64,000 nt of DNA from Phoronis australis (taxonomy: Eukaryota > Animalia > Phoronida). Location of the stretch: the NCBI GenBank assembly GCA_002633005.1, contig NMRA01000004.1, forward strand, positions 563,846 to 627,845, written 5' to 3'. The first letter of the stretch is position 1. Every line of letters starts with the position of its first letter. Below, piece by piece: positions 38,368 to 50,900 of the stretch. The notes beneath the pieces are model-generated. The model searched no databases. It was not told where the DNA came from and worked only from the letters and a program-made list of their open reading frames with translations. A program made the translations under genes and the position numbers.

Positions 38368-38934
38368 CTACCAAGCAGTTTTTGGTAAAAATGCACCTGC
38401 TCTAACACCTTTACTGTTATTGTTATTATTGATCATATTATCGTCATTATTATTATTATTACTACTGGATCTTAAGGCCACCTCCATCTCATGATGGAAG
38501 TTACTTTTGAGGCTGGTAGGAATGAGAGACAGCCTTTTGCTTGGTCTCTCTCCCTTACGTTTATTGTGCAACGTTGTCTGACAATCGCTGGCAGATCTCT
38601 GCATCTTACGCATGTGTGTGTCACTACCCGATCTCATGTATGTCGGGTACACCCGATGAGACCGCGATGACACCATTGACCCTTGCCGACTAGACAAACT
38701 TGAGGGTTGCTTCGAGACTGAACTCGATTGTCTTGAACCTGGCTGCGTAGATTCTGCTGCTCTGGTCAAGCCCTGTTTCCCTCTGGGAATGGTGAGACCA
38801 TCTGGACTGGACGTACCTCCGCTGCAGAAAAGCACTTGGAAGAGTTCGTACTTGGAGCGGTTCCTCTTGTTAATCTCAACTTCCTGCTGAACACGGGACT
38901 GCAGATGAGTGACCTGTGTGTCCAACATTGTGAC
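38368..38934 (-). CDS. PKD1: PKD1 terminal exon (coiled coil and low-complexity tail, ...PKTAW*)
   Basis: acatag acceptor, 189 codons to TAG; AATAAA on the - strand at 38221-38226. Confidence 0.83.
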   Translation of the reverse strand, partial: VTMLDTQVTHLQSRVQQEVEINKRNRSKYELFQVLFCSGGTSSPDGLTIPRGKQGLTRAAESTQPGSRQSSSVSKQPSSLSSRQGSMVSSRSHRVYPTYMRSGSDTHMRKMQRSASDCQTTLHNKRKGERPSKRLSLIPTSLKSNFHHEMEVALRSSSNNNNNDDNMINNNNNSKGVRAGAFLPKTAW

Positions 38935-41900
38935 CTATGTGAAACATATGGAGTGCATTGAAACCTTTCTACATACCCGCATTGCATTAAAAAATTCATT
39001 TTTGATTTATACCACTAACTAAAATAAAACTGGTCTCAACTTTTTCCTTACTGCGGTGGAAATTCTCCAACTGGGACAGTCTCTAAAATTTGGGACACTG
39101 ACATTCAAGCAGAACTTGAACTTTCTTAATTCTGAAAATTGGGATCCAGGCAATTTTGGCATTCATCGTATTTCTCAAATTTTGAACACAGTGCATCAGT
39201 GGAGTCTGAAAACAGACTTGGCAGTTAATTTTGATGTATTTCTGGCAATTCTTGAATTTGGGACAGCCAGTATTGCTATTTCTACCGAAGTCAGATTAGA
39301 CATGATTTCTGGAGTTGAGAAGGAATGACAGCCCGTTACTGTTTGAAACCATGTCCAGTGAGATGGCTTAATTGGCACGCTGTTTGATCGTTTTATGGAC
39401 CAAGCATGACATGAAGCAAGAACACATGTTTTCCAAACCTTCAAATTGATTTTCACCTGAGTAATGAATAAGCTGAGGACCAGTACAAAAATGGATAGTG
39501 TTCTAAATCAATGGTTTCATTTGCAGACGACAAGTTTACACCAGTTGTTAACACCAGCTGTAACAATAGAACAGCTTGCATAAGTAAAAGTTGCACAGGT
39601 TAATAAGAACAAGTGTAACATAACCAACAAGTGTAACATAACCAACAAGTGTAACATAACCAACAAGTGTAACATAACCAACAAGTGTAACATAACCAAC
39701 GAGTGATGAGTTTTTGTTTAGACACACGTTCATGCATGTGCTTGTTCTGAATAAACAAGAAATTGTTGTGCAAATGGAACTGAAATGCCAAAAAGCACTT
39801 GGAAATCACGATATGCTAGATAGCAGTTGCATACGTGTGCATCATTGAATTGACACTAATGTGTCCTTGAAGTCCATCACACTAATTTAAAACAATTTAG
39901 ATGAAGAACATCATCATTCATATGATGTGCAAATTATAAAGCAAAACTAGTAAAATTCCCTGTAATTCGAAATGTTACAAAAAAATTGGAAAGAATTCCC
40001 ATTTCGTACTGATAGAGCTAACTGCCTCAGTCCCCATGCAACTTTTTGAAGGGAAGGGGGTGTTTTGCGACAGATTTGTTGTGAAGCTTGATAACTGTCA
40101 AAAGTCCATGCAAAAATGTTCACAGATTTAAATATTACAGATTGGTGGAGCAACTCTCGTAAGAATTGCATGACCCTCAACGATCATGTGAAACTTACAT
40201 GGTGCCAGTTTCGTCAGTCTCACTGGATTATTGGTACAAATTATTTCATATTTAAAATGAGCACTTTGCGTCTTCGTGCAGGAAAAGGAGACTGAAGCTT
40301 TCGTACATCTCTAACTGTCAGACAATGAAAGTTTTTTAGCAGTGGCTTACTAATTTAATATTCACCATTCATAAAATGTTGTTAGATGAAAAGACTATTA
40401 ATATTTAGTAAATTTGACTTCAATATTAGCAAAGTACCATCATGAAAAACAATGTATTTTGAAAAGTCCAGGCCATCAGTTGATATATTTAGACTATTTC
40501 TTAAAAAATGTTATAACTGAGGAAAACTAATTTTTAGGACTCCTGCTTAACTAGTGATTTGGGAATGTGTGTGTGAGTTAGAGATATATGGTTGTCCTAC
40601 ATTTTGGAATAAATAAATATCAAAAAACAAAAAAAATCCATGAGTTTCTTTGACAATCAGTAAATAAATTGAAAACCATAAGTTGCCTATGTCACACACT
40701 TTGATCTGGTATCGTTGTATTAAGCTTGGCAAAATATGCAATAAACACAAAAATATAAGATTTAAAACATTCACATAAACACATCTCAGCAACAGATGCA
40801 AAGTAAAGATATCGCATCTAAAATATCCATACAAATTGCAAAAGTTTTCCTTTTATAAATGTGGTTACTCAATAAAAACTGAACATAAACTAGCCTCATC
40901 AAATGCTTTAAATTCAGTCCAAAGATAATGTTTCCTTTACAAATTGTCTGTACAATAAGAAAAGAAGCTACACCTGGCAGATATTTGTTTATCGAGGAAT
41001 CCAGATAGAGTACCAAAACCTGTAGTAACATTGAAATCATATAATATTAAGTTCACACAACTGTCAGTTACCTCCTCAAACTTGTCAAGTAACTGTTCCC
41101 AAGTTGGTAACAGTCTGTCCATAAGTGATGTCTGAGACAAACTTGAGTCACCACGGTTAATATCGAGGTCCTCAGTGGCTGAGCTTTGTCCACTGCTGCC
41201 AGTCACTGACCGCGAGCTTACAGAACTAGCTGAAGGCAGACCTTGGAATTTAACTTTTCTGAAGGCCTGAAAAACCACGTGAATGTCAAATAGATGAGAA
41301 GACGTAAAGTTAGTGAAAATTGAATGACTTGGACGTTAAACTGCACCTTATCAATGACACAACATATGGTAAATGTCTCAGACATAGTCTACAATCTAAC
41401 TAAATAATAACGCATATTTTAGCAACACGATGTACTCCATTAAAATTTAACATGTATTTCATTTGATTTTTACACTTCATATCTTTGTTCAGTGACATGT
41501 ACATTTCCATAATCAAAGTTCTTTAAGCACATTCTTGCCACAATATTACTAATTGTGTTTTGAACACACGAGGAGCTAGCCTGTTAGAGCTCACAAATTA
41601 TAAACCAGTTAGGTACCTCGGTTACCAAAGTCCAGTATAACTAATTTCACCAACAGGTATCAAAGTAATTCAACTGTTTTGGCTAATATTTATCGTATTT
41701 CTTCTAAAAATTTTCTTCAAAAAATATAATTCCAACATAACTTCTCACTGAGAATTCAATTTCTGGAGAAAAACAGATCGGAAAGTCAACAGTTTTAGTC
41801 CACGATAGCTCAGTTTATTTCAACCAAAATTTTATCACCCTGATGTCATTGATAATTGCCCTGCTCCACACAAGGATTCTGTTTACAATGATCCGAGTAC

Positions 41901-44900
41901 AAATCAATTGACGAACTACATACAGACACGGTACTTGCACGAAATCCAAAAGCTTCTCGGTGCTATTTCTGAGCACTATGATATTAGTCAATGTACAAAC
42001 GCAGTCAAATACTGTGTGAAAAATAAAGTTAACTTACTGGTTTCTGTTGGTCGATACCAGCCCAAAGTTTAAACCGTTTGATCATAAAATCAACTAGTTC
42101 ATAGTCTTGCATGTGGACACTGTTGTGGTATAACTGTTGCATCTTGGTGACCTAAACAAGGGTAAACAGTCAATAGTGTTCAAAGCAAGTTATATCCGAG
42201 TTTTCTCTCAAGCCATGTGTAACCATCAAGTAACTGTACATATGCATCAGCATCTTCATCTGCATCTACATGTACATCTATATGTACATCTATAAGTATA
42301 TCTAAAGTTTGATTTTTGACTTCTTACCAATCTACCTTCAATTGGGTCACATGACTATGTCTCATAAGTAAAATTTGTCAAAAAAGAAAGGCACATAGCA
42401 AAACAACAGTACCAATAACAAGATCACTTTTTATCTGATTTAAATCTTTATGACAAAATCTAAAAACGCAGTTAGTTTTCTAAAATATCATTCTGTTTTT
42501 GTGTTGTGAAACTTTTTTCCTTAAAGTCTCATTTTTTGATAGCCCCTTGTGCAAATGTGGAACATTTCAAAATCTACTCCTGACAACGTTTCGGAGAACA
42601 ATGCACGTTTCAAGTAAGCCAAATTTTTATACTTTTCTAGGGTCCCTCACAACCTCAAATGAAACTCTTGTTTGAATCAACCAAGGGCTAATAAGTACAC
42701 TTGTCAGGAAAATGTCAATACTTTTTATAAACAAATGTGTCATATCCTATATTCACCGCACAACAAAGCCCACAGATTAAATCCTTCTGTCTATTGTACC
42801 TTATAAGTGTCACTAAGCACAGCAAAGATGAGACAGCAGCCGAGTCCATACAAGGATGCTGTGCAGGAAGTGAAGTAAATCTGCGACCAGATGGCGCTAG
42901 CTTTCAGGAACTTGTCATAGGCTACATGACCTTGGAGAGTGTGCACCACCGTGAGCAGTGAAGAAGAGAATGAGTGAAACTCCTCAAACATCCCACCAAA
43001 GAGCTGCAATAACAGCATCAGTTATACGCTACACAAGACCTCGGGCATTACAGAACTATTGTCACCTCCTAATCAAGTTAGCTACCTCATAACCTTAAAC
43101 AGAATAATTGCCAAACCTTTCAAAAAAATACAGAGGTTGCCGCTGCCACCCCATCTCAAACCACTAGGTGGTGCTTTCATAGAGAAAAATGCTTATGAGG
43201 TTACTAGCATATCGGTAAGTGCGTCAGTTGAAAGTGTGACATCATAAAGTAATAGAACTGTTTTGTTTATAGACAAATTGGACTTGGACGTGCTCAAATG
43301 TGCTTTGGCTAAAGTTTTGAGTAAATTGGCAAAATTTGACCAGGATTCGTTAGTCGGGGAATTACTAAAAATGATGATAAAGTGACAGCCTATCGCCTAC
43401 AAGGAGAGGGTTAATTGACAAGTATGCAACAGAATGTGATCCTGATCATCATTCATAAGCAAACTTCTTGCAGTGCTGGCTGAGTCTACTGGGCCATTGT
43501 GACACAAGTCATTTCGTCCTCCTTATTTAGTTTTGTATAAGATGGCTAATTGTCACATACTCACTATCTCTATGTCATGGTAACTAAATTAGAGATGGAT
43601 CACACCAGTTAAGGACACAATACCGCTGACAAATGAAATCTTACTTTCTCATTTTTTCATAGATTTGTAGCACCAAATTCTCCCTTTTCCGTGATCAAGT
43701 TCTGTTACTATAGCTACTAAGAGACAATATTTTGAAAAAGTGTGGATATCCAGAACAATGTTAGAAGCTCTTGAAAAATAGAAAATAGTATTTTTTGGCA
43801 ATTATTTTGTTCGAAATTGGTGAGATTTTGCCACAGTAGGCAAATTCTGGTTCTGAAATGAAATTTATTGTGGGGGTGGATATTTCATTATATAATTTAA
43901 AAAATGAATTACGTTTGTTTTGTGAGACTATGCAGACCATGTTGTTACAAAATCTGTGATCCAGGTGATTAGTCTATATTCTACCCAGCTAATAACTGAA
44001 AGCTAACAAGCAATTACTAAATGACATTAAGCTGAACTCAATAGACATGCATCTTAACAATCTTGTTCAATAACAGGGTTTCAAAACACTGCCACTTACC
44101 AGATAACCAAAGAATGTGTAGGCGAGGATTACCAAGGTTAATATCAGGAGACAGCCCATCAATTTCCCCACTGAGGCATGTAGAATCTTCCCGAATACAG
44201 AAAACAGCTTGATGAACCTCAACTGTCGAGCAACCTTCCAAGTAATACAAATGATAGTCATCAGAGAATGATGTTGCCCATGTTAATTTTTACTCTATAC
44301 TGTCAAACAATTTTAACTTATAAAAGCTTCAGTTACTCAGTAACACTGGTAACAGGGTGTCTGATTATTAATTGTTTTTAGGACATTGGCAACAAAATAA
44401 TGTTTACTGCCAAAATTGTCAAACAAAAATATGTTCAGGTATGTGATTATGAGATATTTACGGTTTTTGTTCTTGCAGAATGTAGGCATAATGCTGCCAT
44501 AAACCCTTCCATAATGAAAGAAACTAACATTGGATTTAGACTACTTACCCCTGCCTATAAATCTAGTGTCAATGTGTTTCTTAGTCATACAAGAAGTTAT
44601 TTCTAGGCTTGGGAAGAGCTGACAGATGTCACTGCTTGGGACCATACTCAGCTCAAAAAATTACCTGTTGCAACAAGTCTACACAATCACAGCTTTTCCA
44701 GAAGGAAGGTAACTTAACTCGTATGAATTTATGACAACAACATTTCAACACCAGTATAATCTTTCTATGAATGTTCATGAACATTTAACAACTCCAACTC
44801 CACGCAACTGTAATATTAATTAATAAAAATCTTACCTGTAGCAACAAAATGAAGATGATGACCGCATTAAGGTGGACAAACACCAGTTGGTAGTGAACGT

Positions 44901-47900
44901 TGGCATCAAAAGAGACAAACTGGACAGGGTCAGTCTTATACCTGTCTAAGGTTTGCACATTAGTCACTAGGTTGTAGGCATACAGAGCAACGGTCGCCAT
45001 GGCAATGACCACCAAACACAATTCCAAGATGTTCCACAGACTGAGGAAATATGAGGCCCTCTGGTGGTATAGTGAAACACCACAGTGGATAAGGAGATAG
45101 ACAGCAATCGCCAAGACAACAGCCTGAAAATAAATACTTCAGGTCAGTTGTTGGCCATCTTACTAATAAAGATTGATAAAAACCATGTGACAACAAATTC
45201 ATCCATTGTAGCTTCCTTATCATACAGAGACAGAACCATCTTCACTATTTAAAGTAAAAGTACTACATCCTGTGATAAATGAGCATCAAACATAATTGTT
45301 TTAAAGAAAAACAAAAGAAATCGCATTTGTTTATTTCAAAAAAGTTTGAATAAGTCACAAACAAAAATAATTCATGAAAACAATCCTACTTTGACACCTC
45401 ACTGGTCGTGATTGGTCAATTCCACCAGTTTGCGTACCTCAAAATCTGCTGCATTGATCACAGATATTAGGTTATTGTAGTTAATTACATCACCTTAGGC
45501 TGCTGATCTGTTCTCTAGGTAATCAGACCCATTATAAACACACAGGGGACAACAATAGTATTTTAAAATTTTTGTTGTGAAAGTTTTTAAATAGCATATC
45601 TGAACAGTTCGTGATAAGTACAGGTCATTAGGTTTTTGAATTTTGAAAATTGGACAAGAAATGTGACTTTTATAATGTAAAATGTTTGAATAATGTTGCA
45701 ATGACATTAATTCCGCTGAATGCCCAACATAATTGAGCCAATTATCAGACCACCAAGCAACAGTTGGATTTTGAGGTAACTCAAGTGTCGTATAATTCTT
45801 GGTGTGTAGGTACCTGTGTCATTTCTTTTCTGTAACTGCACCTTCAACATTAGCCTTACCTCACACACCATCAACACAGACACTTGGTTTTCAACAAAGA
45901 GGTCAAAGGTTGAACTTCTGACATCAAACTGAACTGCAACACCACCTGACAATGAAGTAAAATAAGCTTGCATGTCTTTGGCAATGTTTTGTTTTTTCAT
46001 AGTTGGAATGAATTTAACAATACAGCATTATTACATGATTCTTATAAGTAAAAATGGTTGAAAAATTGTACTTGCATGATGTTAACACTGTTATTGTTAA
46101 AAGATAGTGCATATTCAGTGTCAGAGCCACTGGAATTTTTTTTAAAAAGTGTTTGGAAACTATGACTTAATGACGAATTTTTCTGAAATTGGCTAAAATA
46201 TAGCAAAAATTGAATAAATGTTGTTGGTCTTGTGAAGAGAAATTTTACAAATTGCATTCTCACCTGATAGTGGAAATTCAACTGTCAGAGACACCACAGT
46301 AAACAATGCAAGGTTAGCATTGTACATTGTGAATTCAGTGTTGATCATTCTCGTCCTAGAAAAGGAAAACAGTACACTACATTGTCCTCATGGAGAAAAA
46401 GTGAACACTGCATTCAACACAACAAACAAAAAGTCAATGGATGGAGAAAAACTTGCATCACTTTTATAGAAGTTTGATTCATCATAGATACCTTTCATTT
46501 ATCCAGTTCGACTCAATAAGATATTCAGATTGATGTTCCATTTCAATGACTGTTGGCCCAAGATCCTGTACATAGCCACCACCACTGTAGGTATGGGTCT
46601 TTCCATACACACTAGGTCTGGCAGGAAAAATTAAAAGAAATGAACATTTAAAGCTCAAATATTGAAACATTCTCACAGATATTTTTTTCCTGTTATATCA
46701 TCAGTTTAGAACACAAGATGAATTTAATCAGCCTAAAGACACCTTTAAAACAGTAAAATTTTGAAATTACAGTGCAGTTATTTTGCATTTTAGCTACCAA
46801 ATTATATTCTTCGGCAAAGTACCATACCTTCCAATTTCACCAGAAGAGGTGTGCACCCAAGTCTGGTTACCATGGCAACATGGACGCCACCCAGTAGAGT
46901 ACGAATCAACATCTTCATCAAAATTTCCACCCTCAAAACAACTTGGTTGAGTAGCTATGACAGTCCAAGAGTTAGAATATCTGCAGGTACCTAAAGAAAT
47001 AAAATTTACATAACATTTCCAAGATAAAACAATTCCATAGGAATAAATATCATAAATTAAGATTTAGTTGTTTGAAGTGAAGTGCCTTTGAGAATTCTGT
47101 AAAAAATATAAAATTAAAATACCAGCTTTTTAATAAACAACAGACACAGTGTTCTTGAATAAAGCCTACCTACCATTTTTGTTTCTAACTTGAATTATCC
47201 TTACAGGACCAAGCTGTCGAAGAGACCTGCTTGACTGGATATCCTCGCCAAAGAAAGGAATCAGTTTGTCGGTAAACCATTTCCAAAACTGAGAGTTGGG
47301 GCTGCTAAATCAAAGTAAATAAATATATCAAATTAAGTAATAGCAATGGCTTATAACTTGATCTGTGCACATATTTGTCAAAAATATGGTAATAAAGCGA
47401 CATGCTATTTTGTTAATAGACTTCAGAACAATCATTGCAAACTTGTATCAGAGTTTGTCCACCTTTGGACAGTCACGTAACCTGACTTGAGAACATGAAC
47501 TCTAAATATGGTAAAATATTTTCAAAGCTTCCAACACTGTTGTGAATGTCCGCCATTTTTCCAACCATTGTCTGAAGCTAGATATATAAAAGCATGTAAA
47601 AGCATTAGCTTGGTGCTTCATACCTTAAAAAATGAGAAAAAGAAATTGGTGAAATTTACTGTGAAAGAACAAGTTGTACTACAATTAAAAGCAAATTCAA
47701 GGTTCTAAAAGTTGTGAAAACTTTACTTTTCTAGAAAGTAGCCATGTCTGAAAGAGACTGTGTTAAATGAAAGAAGTTTAAACTTCTTTCTAAGATGTTA
47801 ATGTAACAAACATTTACCTGTTAATATACTGAACTGGCACTTCATTTCTTTGCCATGCCAACTGATTCAAAATGACTTGATTTTGTTGATAGGCAAAGTC

Positions 47901-50900
47901 GTCATGGCTTAGAAAGCAAATTGCAACGACAAACCAAAAGAATACAACATAGACAATGGCTTGACGAATGAGGTGGCGCATTCGTTTAATTTTGCTAGCT
48001 TCCTGTCTGGCCTGCATCAGAGAATAACCAGCCACTGGTTTGAATTTGACATCCTACAACAGAAAAATAGGTAAGAGAAAGTTCACTTTTTAATACCCTA
48101 TAGTGCAAAAATAATTGCCAACAACCAGCGAATGCGTTTGGCCAACAAAACCTTCTTCCCTGGAATGGTAAAAGCATTGCTCAGCTAATTTACAACTTTG
48201 TCCAAACTGTGTCACAAAATGGATATGGTGGTTCAAGACATGCATCCAATCTGCTCATTCACCCATCAACTCACTCAAGGCATTAGACACTCCTTTTGCA
48301 ATTTTAGCAGACTTTGTAAGGAATTACTCGACTTGAATCAAATTTTTGAGGATTAATGAAGGTCTACAGAGCATCACTGTGTTTCAAAGATTTGATTGCT
48401 AAGTCGGCAAAAAATATTTATTATTAGTCAAAATCCAGGTTCAGTATCCTTTTAAAATATGATGAGTCCCTGACGAAGAACTCACAATTGTTACTTCCTA
48501 TGCTTGTGACCAGCCAATTGTACTCAATGTGAACTCGAAAAACTGACCAGATACTTCATTTCTTAGCTGATCACTGTGTCCCATTGGACAATTTTTAAGT
48601 CGACTGTAAAGTAGTCATTAGGTGGAGATGGGTCTTGGTCCAATCATGATTGGCTTACCTTGATCTTTTCGTTGGATTCAATGACTGGTATAAAACTGAC
48701 AGGATCATCAGCTGTGTCAGGGGCATATTTGTCTTTGGTTGTCATAGCAACATAAGTTGCAATCAACAGGACCTGACATCAAATAAAGCATGTCTTTTAA
48801 TTTTTAATACAGTTGCAAAGTCAGTGTTAATTACATCACGCATTCAAAGTGCAGATTCTGAGAGAAAGGTATCACAAATGGAACATTAATTTTGTTTTTA
48901 TATGCTTTCAGTGGGAATTGTCTACTACACTGGCATTTTTCTTTCTGTTTATTTTGCACACTGCCAATGTTTGAAAAGAGAAACTTTCTGTGCAAAATGA
49001 GATAAAATACCCAATGACTTTTTTCAGTTACTAGCAACCAAAACAATTCTGTTGTGTCCATAAGTAAGACCACCAAAATGCCATTTCAGAAGTTAAACAC
49101 CAAACAATTTGCTCTACTTAAAGCTACCACTCTGAGACAATTCAATCATACCTTGAATGGTTCAATGACAAGCACTGACTGAAGAAACGCCACACCAAAA
49201 GCTGCCAGCCACCTTAACGCCACGTCCTTCTTTAACACATGACCGTATAATACGGTGACCACAATACAAAATGCTGACATCAGCAAACAGAGAGTATGGG
49301 CCACGTATATGAACCAGTAGGGCAGCTGGGACGCACAACCTGTTTTGGTCTCATCAAGGGGTTTAAGTCGCCAATCATACCCTGTTAAAGTAGCATATGT
49401 AAAATTATTATTGTCACTATCACTCTAATTAACACCAATATGATAGAAATCGCGAATTAAAAACTTTTTTATTTCAATTCTGGAACAGCTGGCTGTTTGA
49501 TTTATTTTCAATAGTTTAATACATTTTACACATTTTGTAACATAAAAATATATTCTTATTGAAAACGTTTATTACCAAATGTTATGTGCAGTATAAATAC
49601 ATGTGAAACAATTATTCATTGACATTTTTTGAACGTTATGATAAAAAGTATAATGTACAACAGTTGAAGTCAAGCCCATAAAGCGCAAGAAAGCATTATA
49701 ACTGGGTGTAGTCAACTGATAAATTCCATTTACCTAATTCAGATGATGCCGACACAAAAGTTCCTGATGACAAGCCACTATAGCATGAATCGATAGTATT
49801 CTGCCGGACTCTTTTTTTGCCTAGGGTCAGCAATGTAGCGCTGAATGCAGACTCTCGGGTTGTCTGACGGTTGGCTGCTATCTGACGGTCTGCTGTTGTT
49901 GGCTCATCATGTTTGTCAACACCACAGTCAGAAGGAGTACTAATGTCCGACCAGAGAGTCTGGTGAATGGCACTGGCTACGCTAGGACGCTTCCTGAACC
50001 ACAAACATACAACAAAATGACAATGAAACTTATCAAAAAAATGTGTTTCGCCCAGCTAGATGGCTACAGAAGAGAGGAGTGAACCACCTCAATTATGAAA
50101 CTTTTTACTTTGTACTTTAATAGAATATCTCCCAGTCATTACTGCTACTACCTTTGCCTGACACTTTAAAATTCTTCATGTTTTGATTTATCCTCATTAA
50201 GTAATATTGCTTAAGCTCAAAAATATGTCGGGTTCTTCAAGATCAGCCAATATGATTAAAGCTTAATATTCAAGCTTTTTAGATGGAACATACTCAAGAT
50301 TCCACACAAAGTTTAAGTAACTTAGCTCGTAATGTGGCAGACATTTTTATTTTAGCATAACTGAGTGTNACAAACATACAACAAAATGACAATGAAACTT
50401 ATCAAAAAAATGTGTTTCTCCCAGCTAGATGGCTAAAGAAGAGAGGAGTGAACCACCTCAATTATGAAACTTTTTACTTTGTACTTTAATAGAATATCTC
50501 CCAGTCATTACTGCTACTACCTTTGCCTGACACTTTAAAATTCTTCATGTTTTGATTTATCCTCATTAAGTAATATTGCTTAAGCTCAAAAATATGTCGG
50601 GTTCTTCAAGATCAGCCAATATGATTAAAGCTTAATATTCAAGCTTTTTAGATGGAACATACTCAAGATTCCACACAAAGTTTAAGTAACTTAGCTCGTA
50701 ATGTGGCAGACATTTTTATTTTAGCATAACTGAGTGTCATGTGCAAGCAGGCCATGGAATGTGTTTATTCCGATCACCAGTCATTAAAAAACAAGTCTCT
50801 AGTCACTTGATGACAGAATTAGCTAAAAGGATTCAGTTTGAATTGTGTCACTGGACAGCAAATTACTCAAGCTTGCACAGCAATGGTGACTAAAAGGCAA

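Noticed and set aside
39517-39809. Repetitive ORFs (LLVMLH)n and (WLCYTC)n; CRISPR-like appearance
   Set aside because: Perfect 18-bp tandem minisatellite in an intron, with no spacers and no cas genes.
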